From an uncultured Alphaproteobacteria bacterium (GTDB lineage Bacteria; Pseudomonadota; Alphaproteobacteria; HIMB59), in assembly GCA_902521465.1 (NCBI GenBank), contig CABYRL010000002.1, positions 58,777 to 122,776 of the forward strand: DNA of 64,000 bases, written 5' to 3'. Under the pieces are notes generated by a model that saw only the letters and a program-made list of their open reading frames with translations, did no database searches and was not told where the DNA came from. The translations under genes were made by a program, and so were the position numbers. Of this stretch, positions 29,693-37,941 are shown piece after piece (the stretch's first letter is position 1; each line of letters starts with the position of its first letter).

Positions 29693-32110
29693 ATGGAAAA
29701 TCAAATCATTGGACCCATTTTACCTTTAAGGGATTTAGTTGTTTATCCCTCTATAACCTCACCTTTGTTTGTTGGCCGAGCTAAATCTATTGATGCAATT
29801 AATTTTGCCATGAATAATAATAACAAGATTATTTATTTATTTACACAAAAAGAACCAACCACTGATGATCCCCAAGTTAACGATGTTTATTCCTACGGAG
29901 TAAAATCAAAAATTATTCAGTTTCTTAAGTTACCTGACAATACATATAAAGTTCTTACTGAAGGTTTAGAAATTGTGAAGATAAAGTCTGCTGTTAAGGC
30001 AAGTAATAACTTCCTTACAGCTAAAATTGAAACAGTAGTAATTAACAAAAAAAATTCAGTTGAATTAAAAGCCTCTTTGAGAGTCTTAAAAAATGAATTT
30101 CAAAACTATATACAAAATATAGGAAATAATAATGACATCCTTGAAGGGCTTTTAAATATTGAAGATCCATATCAGTTTATTGATAATATTTATTACAACT
30201 TAAATGTTGGAATTGAAGATAAACAAAAAAATTTAGAAATTATTGACATTAATAAAAAAATTCAAAATCTACTGAATTTCTTTTCAAAAGAACTCAACTT
30301 TTCTGCTCTTGAGAAAAAAATTAAAAATAGAGTAAAAAGACAAATGGAAAAAACTCAGAGAGAGTACTACCTAAATGAACAAATGAAAGCCATACAGAAA
30401 GAACTTGGTGATGGTGAAGACGGTTCTAACGAGTACTCTGAAATAGAGAAAAAGATTAATGAGGTAAAATTATCAAAAGAGGCAAAAGAAAAAGCTTTAA
30501 ATGAATTTAAAAAATTAAAATCTATGAGTCCAATGTCTGCTGAGGCATCTGTTATTCGTAATTACCTTGAATGGATATTAGATATACCATGGGAAAATTT
30601 CTCAAAAGAAGTTATAGACATAAAAGGTTCTGAAAAAATATTAAATGACGATCACTATGGTCTCGAAAAAGTAAAAGAGAGAATACTTGAATTTTTAGCA
30701 GTAAAAAAAAGATCAAAGAAAGCATCTGGTACAATACTTTGTTTTGTAGGACCTCCTGGTGTGGGTAAAACTTCATTAGGTAAATCTATAGCTAGAGCTA
30801 CTGGCAGAGAATTTGCAAAGATTTCTCTTGGTGGAATTAGGGACGAGGCTGAGATTAGAGGTCATAGAAGAACTTATATTGGCTCAATGCCTGGTCGATT
30901 TATTCAGGCTATGAAGAAAACCAAAACATCTAATCCTATTATTTTATTAGATGAAATTGACAAAGTGGGCAGTGACTGGAGAGGAGATCCATCCTCTGCA
31001 TTATTAGAAGTTTTAGATCCTGAGCAAAATAATCAATTTAATGATCATTATCTTGAGGTTGATTATGACTTATCAAATGTAATGTTTATATGCACAGGTA
31101 ATACTTACAACATACCTGGTCCTCTTCTTGACAGATTAGAGATCATTGAAGTATCTGGTTACACAGAAAAAGAAAAAGTTGAAATTGCCAAAAAATATTT
31201 AATTCCAAGAAAAATGAATAAAAATATCTTAAAAAATAATGAATTTAAGCTTGATAAAAGCTCAATTACCAAAATAGTAAGACACTACACCAGAGAGTCA
31301 GGTGTCAGAGGGCTCGAAAAAGTCTTTGATAAGCTTTTTAGAAAACTTGTTTTTCAATTAGAAAAAAATAAATCAAGGTCAAAAAAACCATTTGTATTTG
31401 ATGATAAAGCTATAAAAAATTTTTTAGGCCCAGAAAAATTTAAGGATAGTATTTTAGAAAAGAAAAATTTAGTTGGCATCACCAACGGGCTTGCATGGAC
31501 TCAGGTTGGTGGAGATATCTTAAATATTGAAGTTAATTTATCTTCAGGTAAGGGGATGATTAATGCAACAGGTAAACTTGGTGACGTGATGAAAGAGTCT
31601 ATTACTGCTGCTTTAGGTTACATTAAATCTAATTCCGTTGAGTTTGGAGTAAATCCAAAGGTCTTCGATAAAATAGATATTCATTTACATGTACCTGAAG
31701 GAGCTATACCTAAAGATGGTCCAAGTGCTGGAATTACAATATTTACCTCATTAATTTCATCTCTAACTGATATTAAAATTAAAAGAGACATTGCAATGAC
31801 TGGGGAAATTACATTAAAAGGAAGAGTTCTACCAATTGGGGGATTAAAAGAGAAATTATTGGCTGCGATAAGGTACGGTATTAAAACTGTTATAATACCA
31901 AAAGAAAATGAAAAGGACTTAGTTGAAATACAAAAAGACATTCAAAACAAGTTGATAATTAAGAAAGTCGAGTTTGCGAAAGAGGTATTGGACTTAGCTC
32001 TCGATGGAAAAATTAGTAAAATCAACAAAAAATTAGACTGGAGACACCTAGTTACAGAGTCTATGAAGCCAAAAAACCAGCAAAATCAAGAAAAAACATT
32101 CGTCAACTAG
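29693..32110 (+). CDS. lon: Lon protease
   Basis: LPLRD, GPPGVGKTS, RGHRRTYIG, PKDGPSAG, MTGE, IGGLKEK. Confidence 0.98.
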   Translation: MENQIIGPILPLRDLVVYPSITSPLFVGRAKSIDAINFAMNNNNKIIYLFTQKEPTTDDPQVNDVYSYGVKSKIIQFLKLPDNTYKVLTEGLEIVKIKSAVKASNNFLTAKIETVVINKKNSVELKASLRVLKNEFQNYIQNIGNNNDILEGLLNIEDPYQFIDNIYYNLNVGIEDKQKNLEIIDINKKIQNLLNFFSKELNFSALEKKIKNRVKRQMEKTQREYYLNEQMKAIQKELGDGEDGSNEYSEIEKKINEVKLSKEAKEKALNEFKKLKSMSPMSAEASVIRNYLEWILDIPWENFSKEVIDIKGSEKILNDDHYGLEKVKERILEFLAVKKRSKKASGTILCFVGPPGVGKTSLGKSIARATGREFAKISLGGIRDEAEIRGHRRTYIGSMPGRFIQAMKKTKTSNPIILLDEIDKVGSDWRGDPSSALLEVLDPEQNNQFNDHYLEVDYDLSNVMFICTGNTYNIPGPLLDRLEIIEVSGYTEKEKVEIAKKYLIPRKMNKNILKNNEFKLDKSSITKIVRHYTRESGVRGLEKVFDKLFRKLVFQLEKNKSRSKKPFVFDDKAIKNFLGPEKFKDSILEKKNLVGITNGLAWTQVGGDILNIEVNLSSGKGMINATGKLGDVMKESITAALGYIKSNSVEFGVNPKVFDKIDIHLHVPEGAIPKDGPSAGITIFTSLISSLTDIKIKRDIAMTGEITLKGRVLPIGGLKEKLLAAIRYGIKTVIIPKENEKDLVEIQKDIQNKLIIKKVEFAKEVLDLALDGKISKINKKLDWRHLVTESMKPKNQQNQEKTFVN

Positions 32111-32120
32111 TATATTGTTG

Positions 32121-32150
32121 TTGATTTTCTTACCTTTTTCTTACTACAAT
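32121..32150 (+). promoter_or_regulatory. Candidate sigma70 promoter for hup-tRNA-Val-tRNA-Asp
   Basis: TTGATT-N18-TACAAT in the lon-hup gap, upstream of an AAGGAGG RBS. Confidence 0.4.
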
Positions 32151-32180
32151 TAACTAATAGAATCACTAAGGAGGTTCGGT

Positions 32181-32462
32181 ATGAACAAAAATGAACTCAT
32201 TGCTGAATATAGTACGAAAAATGGTGTTGGAAAATCAGATGCAACTAAGGCTGTAGAAAGTTTATTTGATATTATCACATCTACTTTGAAAGCAGGAGGG
32301 GATGTTAAGATTGCCGGTTTTGGTACTTTTAAGGTAGCTAACACAAAAGCTAAGACTGGAAGAAACCCAAGAACGGGAGAGTCAATCCAAATTCCTGCAT
32401 CAAAAAAGCCAAAATTTCTTGCTGGAAAACAGCTAAAAGAACTAATAAAGTCCACAGTCTAA
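32181..32462 (+). CDS. hup: DNA-binding protein HU
   Basis: MNKNELI, GFGTF, GRNPRTGE.IQIPA..KPKF.AGK.LK. Confidence 0.96.
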   Translation: MNKNELIAEYSTKNGVGKSDATKAVESLFDIITSTLKAGGDVKIAGFGTFKVANTKAKTGRNPRTGESIQIPASKKPKFLAGKQLKELIKSTV

Positions 32463-32480
32463 TTTTTTGCAAATTAGATA

Positions 32481-32556
32481 GGGCGATTAGCTCAGTTGGT
32501 AGAGCATCTCGTTTACACCGAGAGGGTCGGCGGTTCGAGTCCGTCATCGCCCACCA
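32481..32556 (+). tRNA. tRNA-Val(TAC)
   Basis: GGGCGAT/ATCGCCC acceptor, TCTCG-TTTACAC-CGAGA anticodon arm, ACCA; 76 nt. Confidence 0.97.
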
Positions 32557-32569
32557 TTCGACAATTGTC

Positions 32570-32647
32570 GGGGGTGTAGTTCAGTTTGGTTAGAACGCCT
32601 GCCTGTCACGCAGGAGGTCGCGGGTTCGAGTCCCGTCGCTCCCGCCA
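32570..32647 (+). tRNA. tRNA-Asp(GTC); integration target
   Basis: GGGGGTG/CGCTCCC acceptor, CCTGC-CTGTCAC-GCAGG anticodon arm, G73-CCA. Confidence 0.97.
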
Positions 32648-32650
32648 CTT
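32603..32650 (+). repeat. att-like repeat copy 1 (tRNA-Asp 3' half plus CTT)
   Basis: CTGTCACGCAGGAGGTCGCGGGTTCGAGTCCCGTCGCTCCCGCCACTT; starts at the first base of the anticodon loop. Confidence 0.95.
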
Positions 32651-32696
32651 TTATAAGGGAGTGGGTTATATTTTTCCTAACTTTTTCAATAGTTAT

Positions 32697-32782
32697 CTGT
32701 TCAACAAAAAAACATTGAATCAATAAACCATGTCGTCTAATTCCCTAAAATTTCTTTCTAGTGGTGAACATATGGTGAGCAA
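32697..32782. repeat. Left motif block: CTGTTCAACA, then GGTGAACA-TAT-GGTGAGCAA
   Basis: Mirrored by 35131-35215 (18/20 identity in the tandem pair; spacing 66 vs 65 nt). Confidence 0.7.
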
Positions 32783-32811
32783 AACCCCCCATGTACTTTT
32801 AGACAATAATA

Positions 32812-32976
32812 ATGGAAGTGATTTCAATGCAGAACAGATTTCCCAATCCCATACCCTATAGCTTTGGGAAATGGGAAAAGCCAAAGAAGGTTATCTGTAT
32901 TGCTTCAGAAATTAGAAAGTCACTTGAAGAGAGTGATCAAAAAGAACTACATAAACTATTTTGGAAGAGAGCATAA
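32812..32976 (+). CDS. 54-aa hypothetical protein (below ORF-track cutoff)
   Basis: MEVISMQNRFPNPIPYSFGKWEKPKKVICIASEIRKSLEESDQKELHKLFWKRA*; its TAA abuts the ATG of the next ORF. Confidence 0.5.
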   Translation: MEVISMQNRFPNPIPYSFGKWEKPKKVICIASEIRKSLEESDQKELHKLFWKRA

Positions 32977-33162
32977 ATGGATCGTTACTTATCGGACTAT
33001 GAAAAACTTCTTCATGAATACGAAAGGATTGAGTCAAAACTTAATAGCCTTTTTATTCAGACTGATCTATCAGAGTCAGCTAGAAAGAAGTTAGAAATAA
33101 GTTTGAAGAGAAGATTAAAAACACTACTACCTGAACTAAGAAAAAAAGAATTAGAAGTTTAA
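32977..33162 (+). CDS. 61-aa hypothetical helical/coiled-coil protein
   Basis: ORF track; amphipathic charged helix; TAAATG junction with the upstream ORF. Confidence 0.6.
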   Translation: MDRYLSDYEKLLHEYERIESKLNSLFIQTDLSESARKKLEISLKRRLKTLLPELRKKELEV

Positions 33163-33200
33163 TATCGTTTCTAGTTCATTCGTGTCGTTACTTAAATTCT

Positions 33201-33238
33201 TCCAAATTTGATGAATTTAATGCGAAATTAATTGAAAT
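33201..33238 (+). repeat. 38-bp direct repeat, copy 1
   Basis: TCCAAATTTGATGAATTTAATGCGAAATTAATTGAAAT; 37/38 identical to 34725-34762. Confidence 0.95.
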
Positions 33239-33249
33239 TGATTCAATTT

Positions 33250-34677
33250 TTACATTAAGTATTCTTCAAGCAAAGATATTGTTTTTTTTGCAGAATTAAT
33301 AGCCGCTTCATTGTTTCTTCCCTCTACGACCCCCCAATGCTCACATTCTTTTTTATAATCTTTGTAATGCTTATCAGCAGAAACATCCCAAGTATCGTAA
33401 TTATCTAAATGAATTACTTTATCTTCCATTCGCCACGTTCTTTTTCCATCCGCAGCAAGCCAGTATTTGCAATTTTTAGTTACTCTAAACCATTGATTTG
33501 AAAATTCTGCCTCATCCCAATTGCTCCATCCATCAAAGTTATGATGGGCGTTAGGAAAAATATCTATAGTTGCATTACCACCAAAATCGTTAAAGTTTTT
33601 TGCCATATCTTTACAAAATAAGGCAGGAGTAGTCTCATCCTTTTCACCTGTTAAAAAATGAATTTTATTTTTAGTTACACCCTGTTTATCTAAATATCTA
33701 CAATATGGATAAACTCCTATTCTTAATGCAAAATCATTTAAATTTTCATCATCAATTATTGGCTTTCTAATCATATCAAGACCAGTGTAAACTGCAGATG
33801 AACCACCCCAACTAAAACCCATTACCGCAATTTTTTCAGGATCTATTTTGGGATGAGATTGCATGTGCTTTAAACCATAGAGAGCGTCAGCTGCTCCCAT
33901 CCATGGTGTTAGTTTACTGCTGTTGCCTTGGATAATCATATTGTAAATACTGAGGCCTCGTGGAAGACAGCTATCAATCTCTAATGTAGCAACACCTGCT
34001 TTTTTTATATCCTGACCTAAAGTAAAATTTCTTTGCCCAAAGTCACAGGCAGAATTCATAATTAAAATCATTAAAGGATATTTTTCTTTTTGCTCTTGAG
34101 GGTAAGTTAAAAAACCCTCAATCGTATATTTTTGATCATTTTCAACACCATCTATAAAATCAATAGGAATTCTGGGAGTAAATGCTTCAAATTTAACATT
34201 CTCTGCTCGATAGAGCAGAGCATCGCAATTATTCCATTCATCAGTGACCTCAATATGATTATTGCTTGACATTTTCCCAAACCACTTCCTGGTATTATCC
34301 TTATCATCAACAGGCTCTTTGCTTACAATTTCGAAAGAATTCTCATTAACCTTAAATGATTTTATTTTGACTCTTCCTCCAAAAGATGGCCAAAGCCATT
34401 TTTCTTTTTTTATAATAACTTTTTTGGGATCTTTCTTATCTTTTTTGATAACTAGATCAATTACACCTTCAATAATTCCATTGCCTAACTCATAGCGTCC
34501 ATTCCATTCGCAATTAGCTAAACCTCTCCATCTCCCAATGATATTTGAGGATATTTCCTCAGATTTTAATACTTTATCTTCCGTTTTTTCATTGCCATCA
34601 ACTTGTTGCCCATCCTTAAAAGTAAGTCCCCAACTCAAACTAGGGATTAATAGTAATAGGGTGATAATTATTCTCAT
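33250..34677 (-). CDS. Secreted dienelactone-hydrolase-family alpha/beta hydrolase with extra N-terminal domain
   Basis: Signal peptide MRIIITLLLLIPSLSWG (ATG at 34677 preferred over 34713); IDPEKIAVMGFSWGG, GEKDETTP, FPNAHHNFD. Confidence 0.85.
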   Translation of the reverse strand: MRIIITLLLLIPSLSWGLTFKDGQQVDGNEKTEDKVLKSEEISSNIIGRWRGLANCEWNGRYELGNGIIEGVIDLVIKKDKKDPKKVIIKKEKWLWPSFGGRVKIKSFKVNENSFEIVSKEPVDDKDNTRKWFGKMSSNNHIEVTDEWNNCDALLYRAENVKFEAFTPRIPIDFIDGVENDQKYTIEGFLTYPQEQKEKYPLMILIMNSACDFGQRNFTLGQDIKKAGVATLEIDSCLPRGLSIYNMIIQGNSSKLTPWMGAADALYGLKHMQSHPKIDPEKIAVMGFSWGGSSAVYTGLDMIRKPIIDDENLNDFALRIGVYPYCRYLDKQGVTKNKIHFLTGEKDETTPALFCKDMAKNFNDFGGNATIDIFPNAHHNFDGWSNWDEAEFSNQWFRVTKNCKYWLAADGKRTWRMEDKVIHLDNYDTWDVSADKHYKDYKKECEHWGVVEGRNNEAAINSAKKTISLLEEYLM

Positions 34678-34724
34678 AAGATATATTATTGTACATAGTG
34701 GATTTAAAATCAAAACGAAATTTG

Positions 34725-34762
34725 TCCAAATTTGATGAATTTAATGCGAAATTAATCGAAAT
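34725..34762 (+). repeat. 38-bp direct repeat, copy 2
   Basis: TCCAAATTTGATGAATTTAATGCGAAATTAATCGAAAT. Confidence 0.95.
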
Positions 34763-35130
34763 ACTTCTCTATACAAATAAAATGCTCTCTCTATGAGGGG
34801 GTTATTAGGGTTATTTTGTTAATGTTTTCAATTGTTGATACGGAGTTCTTAGTAGTTTTTCCGTATTTCTCGCACAGAACTCTCCTAGGTAATGTAACCT
34901 TTTGTTACCCTGAAATGTTTACTTTTGTTAACTTTGAAAGCTACGCATAGGGGGGGTTCAAAATTACTAAAGGTACACTTTAATACATGTTTAACACGCA
35001 TTTTTGAATCGTAGGGTACGAAGTAAATGCTACCCCCGTAACAAGTTAACATCAGGCTAACACCATGCTCTATGATTCCTAAAACAGCGTTTCGCGGTGC
35101 ATGATCCATGGTCAAATATCAATGGATATT

Positions 35131-35215
35131 CTGTTCACCAATATTGGAATATTTGAATCATTATTTCGTAAAATGTGGTAGTGTTTCAGTAGAAAGGTGA
35201 ACACTTGGTGAGCAA
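35131..35215. repeat. Right motif block: CTGTTCACCA, then GGTGAACA-CTT-GGTGAGCAA
   Basis: Same order, orientation and spacing as 32697-32782; ends 60 nt before the distal att copy. Confidence 0.7.
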
Positions 35216-35275
35216 CTCTTATGGGTGTTTAAAAAGGCTTGGTAATATAGGCTTAAAACAACCTAGGATTCCTTA

Positions 35276-35323
35276 CTGTCACGCAGGAGGTCGCGGGTTC
35301 GAGTCCCGTCGCTCCCGCCACTT
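35276..35323 (+). repeat. att-like repeat copy 2 (displaced tRNA-Asp 3' fragment)
   Basis: 48/48 identity with 32603-32650; lacks the tRNA 5' half, so it is not a functional tRNA. Confidence 0.95.
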
Positions 35324-36350
35324 CAAAATATTCATTTCGTTTTTTTTAATTTTTTCTTTATTTTCATGTTCTTCTTATAAATCAAAAGATGTTCATGGAT
35401 TAAAGACACTTGGTATGAGCTTTGGCGATACAACAATTAAAGGTTTTAAAATTGACCCAGGTTGGAATGCTAGTTCAAAAGATGAAATAAAAAAATATCA
35501 AAGAAAAAAAAACTTGGTACTTTTTCAACTTCAGAAAGAGAAAACAAGATACGGAGATACTGCTTTTTTTATCCAAGCACCAGGAGATGAGTGTTATAAC
35601 AAATTAAAAGATTGCTCACGACCAAATGGTGAAAAACAAAAAAGAGTAGAGGTAGGAACCAATTATGGTTTTCAAGGAGAAATATGGTTATCTTATTCTT
35701 TTTTAATCACAGAAAATTACGAACTAAATAATGATAGCGCTATGAATAAATCAATATTGCAATTTCATAGCACAGAGAGTTTTTTTGGTCCTATGTTTAT
35801 GCTTCAAATAGACAAGAAGAAAGGTTTGCTTTGGAGACACGAATCTAGTGAGGGAGTTATTATTATTCAAGGAGGGAATGATGATTGCTCACCTGGTGCT
35901 GGAGGTCCAGAGGATACTGATAAAAGAATTTTTTGTGAAGCTAGGCATGATTGGTACCAAATAATATCTGCAAAAAATTTACAAAGAAATAAATGGTATG
36001 ATTTAGTCTTCAATATTAATTTTAATAAAAAGGATATTTCCAAAGCTTTTCATAAAATTTGGTTAAATGGAAAGTTATTGCATTACAGAAAAAACCAAAC
36101 ACTCTGGAAAGATCAAAAAGGTGTAAAAAACTCAGATAATTTGGCAAATTTTAAATTTGGTATTTATGGTTCAAGATTAGATGGCTCTTATCAATCTATT
36201 TATGCTGATGAAATCCACTTTGGAACTGAATGTAATGACCTTTTAATAGAAAATATTGGCTATCATTGTAGTAATCTAAAAAAACAAACAATAAATGAAT
36301 CATTTCCTATCTTTACAGAAGATAGAGTTGCTTATTATACTAGAGGATAA
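35322..36350 (+). CDS. Polysaccharide-lyase-like (heparin lyase I-type) lipoprotein; start codon unresolved
   Basis: Lipobox-like KIFISFFLIFSLFS-C; KRVE, ILQFH, KWYD, IWLNGK, FKFGIY, IYADE motifs typical of these beta-sandwich lyases. Confidence 0.7.
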   Translation, partial: FKIFISFFLIFSLFSCSSYKSKDVHGLKTLGMSFGDTTIKGFKIDPGWNASSKDEIKKYQRKKNLVLFQLQKEKTRYGDTAFFIQAPGDECYNKLKDCSRPNGEKQKRVEVGTNYGFQGEIWLSYSFLITENYELNNDSAMNKSILQFHSTESFFGPMFMLQIDKKKGLLWRHESSEGVIIIQGGNDDCSPGAGGPEDTDKRIFCEARHDWYQIISAKNLQRNKWYDLVFNINFNKKDISKAFHKIWLNGKLLHYRKNQTLWKDQKGVKNSDNLANFKFGIYGSRLDGSYQSIYADEIHFGTECNDLLIENIGYHCSNLKKQTINESFPIFTEDRVAYYTRG

Positions 36351-36479
36351 AATATTTTTTTAACTTTTTTACACTCAAATATCTAAAAATCAAGTGTAAG
36401 ACTAATGCGTCATTTTTATCGTCACTAAATACATATTGTTTCTTATAATGTATTGCGTTACGGAAAATCAAAACTTTTA

Positions 36480-36839
36480 ATGTATAACCTAGATTATATT
36501 TTCATATTGATATTCATTGTTATTGGGGCAGGAATGGCAATCGCTATGTATTTGCTTTCAAAAATATTATCACCTAGCTCACCTGATACTGAAAAACTAT
36601 CTGCATATGAATGTGGTTTTGAGGCATTTGACGACGCTCGGTCAAAATTTGATGTTAAGTTTTATTTAGTATCAATACTATTTATTATATTTGATTTAGA
36701 AATTGCGTTTTTATTTCCCTGGGCCGTGAGTCTTAGCAATATTGGAGCTCTTGGTTTTTATTCAATGATGTTTTTTTTATTTATTCTCACAGTAGGATTT
36801 ATATATGAATGGAAAAATGGAGCACTAGATTGGGAGTAG
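36480..36839 (+). CDS. nuoA: NADH-quinone oxidoreductase subunit A (ATG 36480 preferred)
   Basis: [35 protein letters not shown]. Confidence 0.97.
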   Translation: MYNLDYIFILIFIVIGAGMAIAMYLLSKILSPSSPDTEKLSAYECGFEAFDDARSKFDVKFYLVSILFIIFDLEIAFLFPWAVSLSNIGALGFYSMMFFLFILTVGFIYEWKNGALDWE

Positions 36840-37339
36840 TATTAGAAAAAGACAAATCATTAAATATTGATGAGCTATTTGAAAAAAAAGGTTTTGTAAC
36901 AGCATCATTTGAAAATTTAATAAATTGGGCGAGGTCAGGATCTTTATGGCCTATGACTTTCGGTTTAGCATGTTGTGGTGTTGAGATGATGCACTCCTAT
37001 ATGAGTAGATACGATCTAGATCGTTTAGGTGTAATTCCAAGAGGTTCTCCAAGACAATCTGATGTAATGATTGTTGCGGGAACTCTTACAAACAAAATGG
37101 CTTCTGCTTTGAGAAAAGTTTATGATCAAATGCCTGAACCAAGATGGGTAATCTCTATGGGTTCTTGTGCTAATGGAGGAGGATATTATCACTACTCTTA
37201 CTCTGTTGTTCGAGGATGCGATAGGATAGTGCCTGTTGATATTTATGTCCCTGGATGTCCACCTACAGCAGAAGCTCTTTTGTACGGCATTATGCAACTT
37301 CAAGATAAAATCAAAAAGAAAAAGAAGATTTATAGGTAA
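36830..37339 (+). CDS. nuoB: NADH-quinone oxidoreductase subunit B (TTG 36830 preferred)
   Basis: [35 protein letters not shown]. Confidence 0.97.
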   Translation: MGVVLEKDKSLNIDELFEKKGFVTASFENLINWARSGSLWPMTFGLACCGVEMMHSYMSRYDLDRLGVIPRGSPRQSDVMIVAGTLTNKMASALRKVYDQMPEPRWVISMGSCANGGGYYHYSYSVVRGCDRIVPVDIYVPGCPPTAEALLYGIMQLQDKIKKKKKIYR

Positions 37340-37344
37340 ATTTC

Positions 37345-37941
37345 TTGTCTCCAAATATTTTACAAAAATATTCAACTGGTAACTTCCATTTTCCAATAAA
37401 GTCTGGAATAGACAATATATTAGTTAACAAAGACTCCATTCTAGAAGTAACACAAAAAATTAAAGAAGACGAAGATCTACTCTATGACCAGTTAATTGAT
37501 ATTACTGTAACTGATAATATGCTATCCAAATCAAGTTATTCAAATGAACGATTTACTCTTATCTATTCTTTTCTAAGTTTAAAATTTAATAAAAGGTTAT
37601 TTATTTTTACTAACATTTCCGAAGATAATTTAGATATCAATTCAATAACACAAATATTTGAGTCTGCCGATTGGTTTGAAAGAGAATGTTACGATCTTTT
37701 TGGCATAAACTTTGTTAATCACCCAAATCTTCAAAGAATAATGAATGATTATAATTTTCAAGGTCATCCGCTCAGAAAAGACTTTCCTCTGACGGGTTAT
37801 GAAGAGGTTCGTTATGATGAAAACTTAAAAAAAGTTGTTTATGAACCTGTTTCATTAAAACAGGAATTTAGAGATTTTGACAATGAAAGTCCCTGGGAGG
37901 GAATGAAAGAAACAATTAAAGAGGAGCTTGAAAAGAAGTAA
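37345..37941 (+). CDS. nuoC: NADH-quinone oxidoreductase subunit C
   Basis: [30 protein letters not shown]. Confidence 0.96.
   Translation: MSPNILQKYSTGNFHFPIKSGIDNILVNKDSILEVTQKIKEDEDLLYDQLIDITVTDNMLSKSSYSNERFTLIYSFLSLKFNKRLFIFTNISEDNLDINSITQIFESADWFERECYDLFGINFVNHPNLQRIMNDYNFQGHPLRKDFPLTGYEEVRYDENLKKVVYEPVSLKQEFRDFDNESPWEGMKETIKEELEKK

Larger units (their letters stand above)
32603..35323. mobile_element. Integrase-less genomic islet in tRNA-Asp bounded by 48-bp att-like direct repeats
   Basis: 32603-32650 is identical to 35276-35323; the cargo breaks the hup-tRNA-nuoA backbone; no integrase ORF inside. Confidence 0.85.

Noticed and set aside
32150-32547. Minus-strand ORFs of 101 and 65 aa
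   Set aside because: Antisense shadows of hup and tRNA-Val.
33201-34762. CRISPR array or integron attC interpretation of the 38-bp repeats
   Set aside because: Only two copies 1.5 kb apart, no spacers or cas genes, and no RYYYAAC/GTTRRRY-bounded palindrome.
34885-35115. 76-aa ORF as an integrase or excisionase remnant
   Set aside because: No R-H-R-Y or HTH motif, no RBS, and it overlaps the motif-rich non-coding region.
35205-35321. N-terminal 39 aa of the 381-aa ORF as a genuine protein segment
   Set aside because: It reads through the motif block and tRNA fragment (CHAGGRGFESRRSR is tRNA sequence); kept only as an unlikely alternative in the findings.
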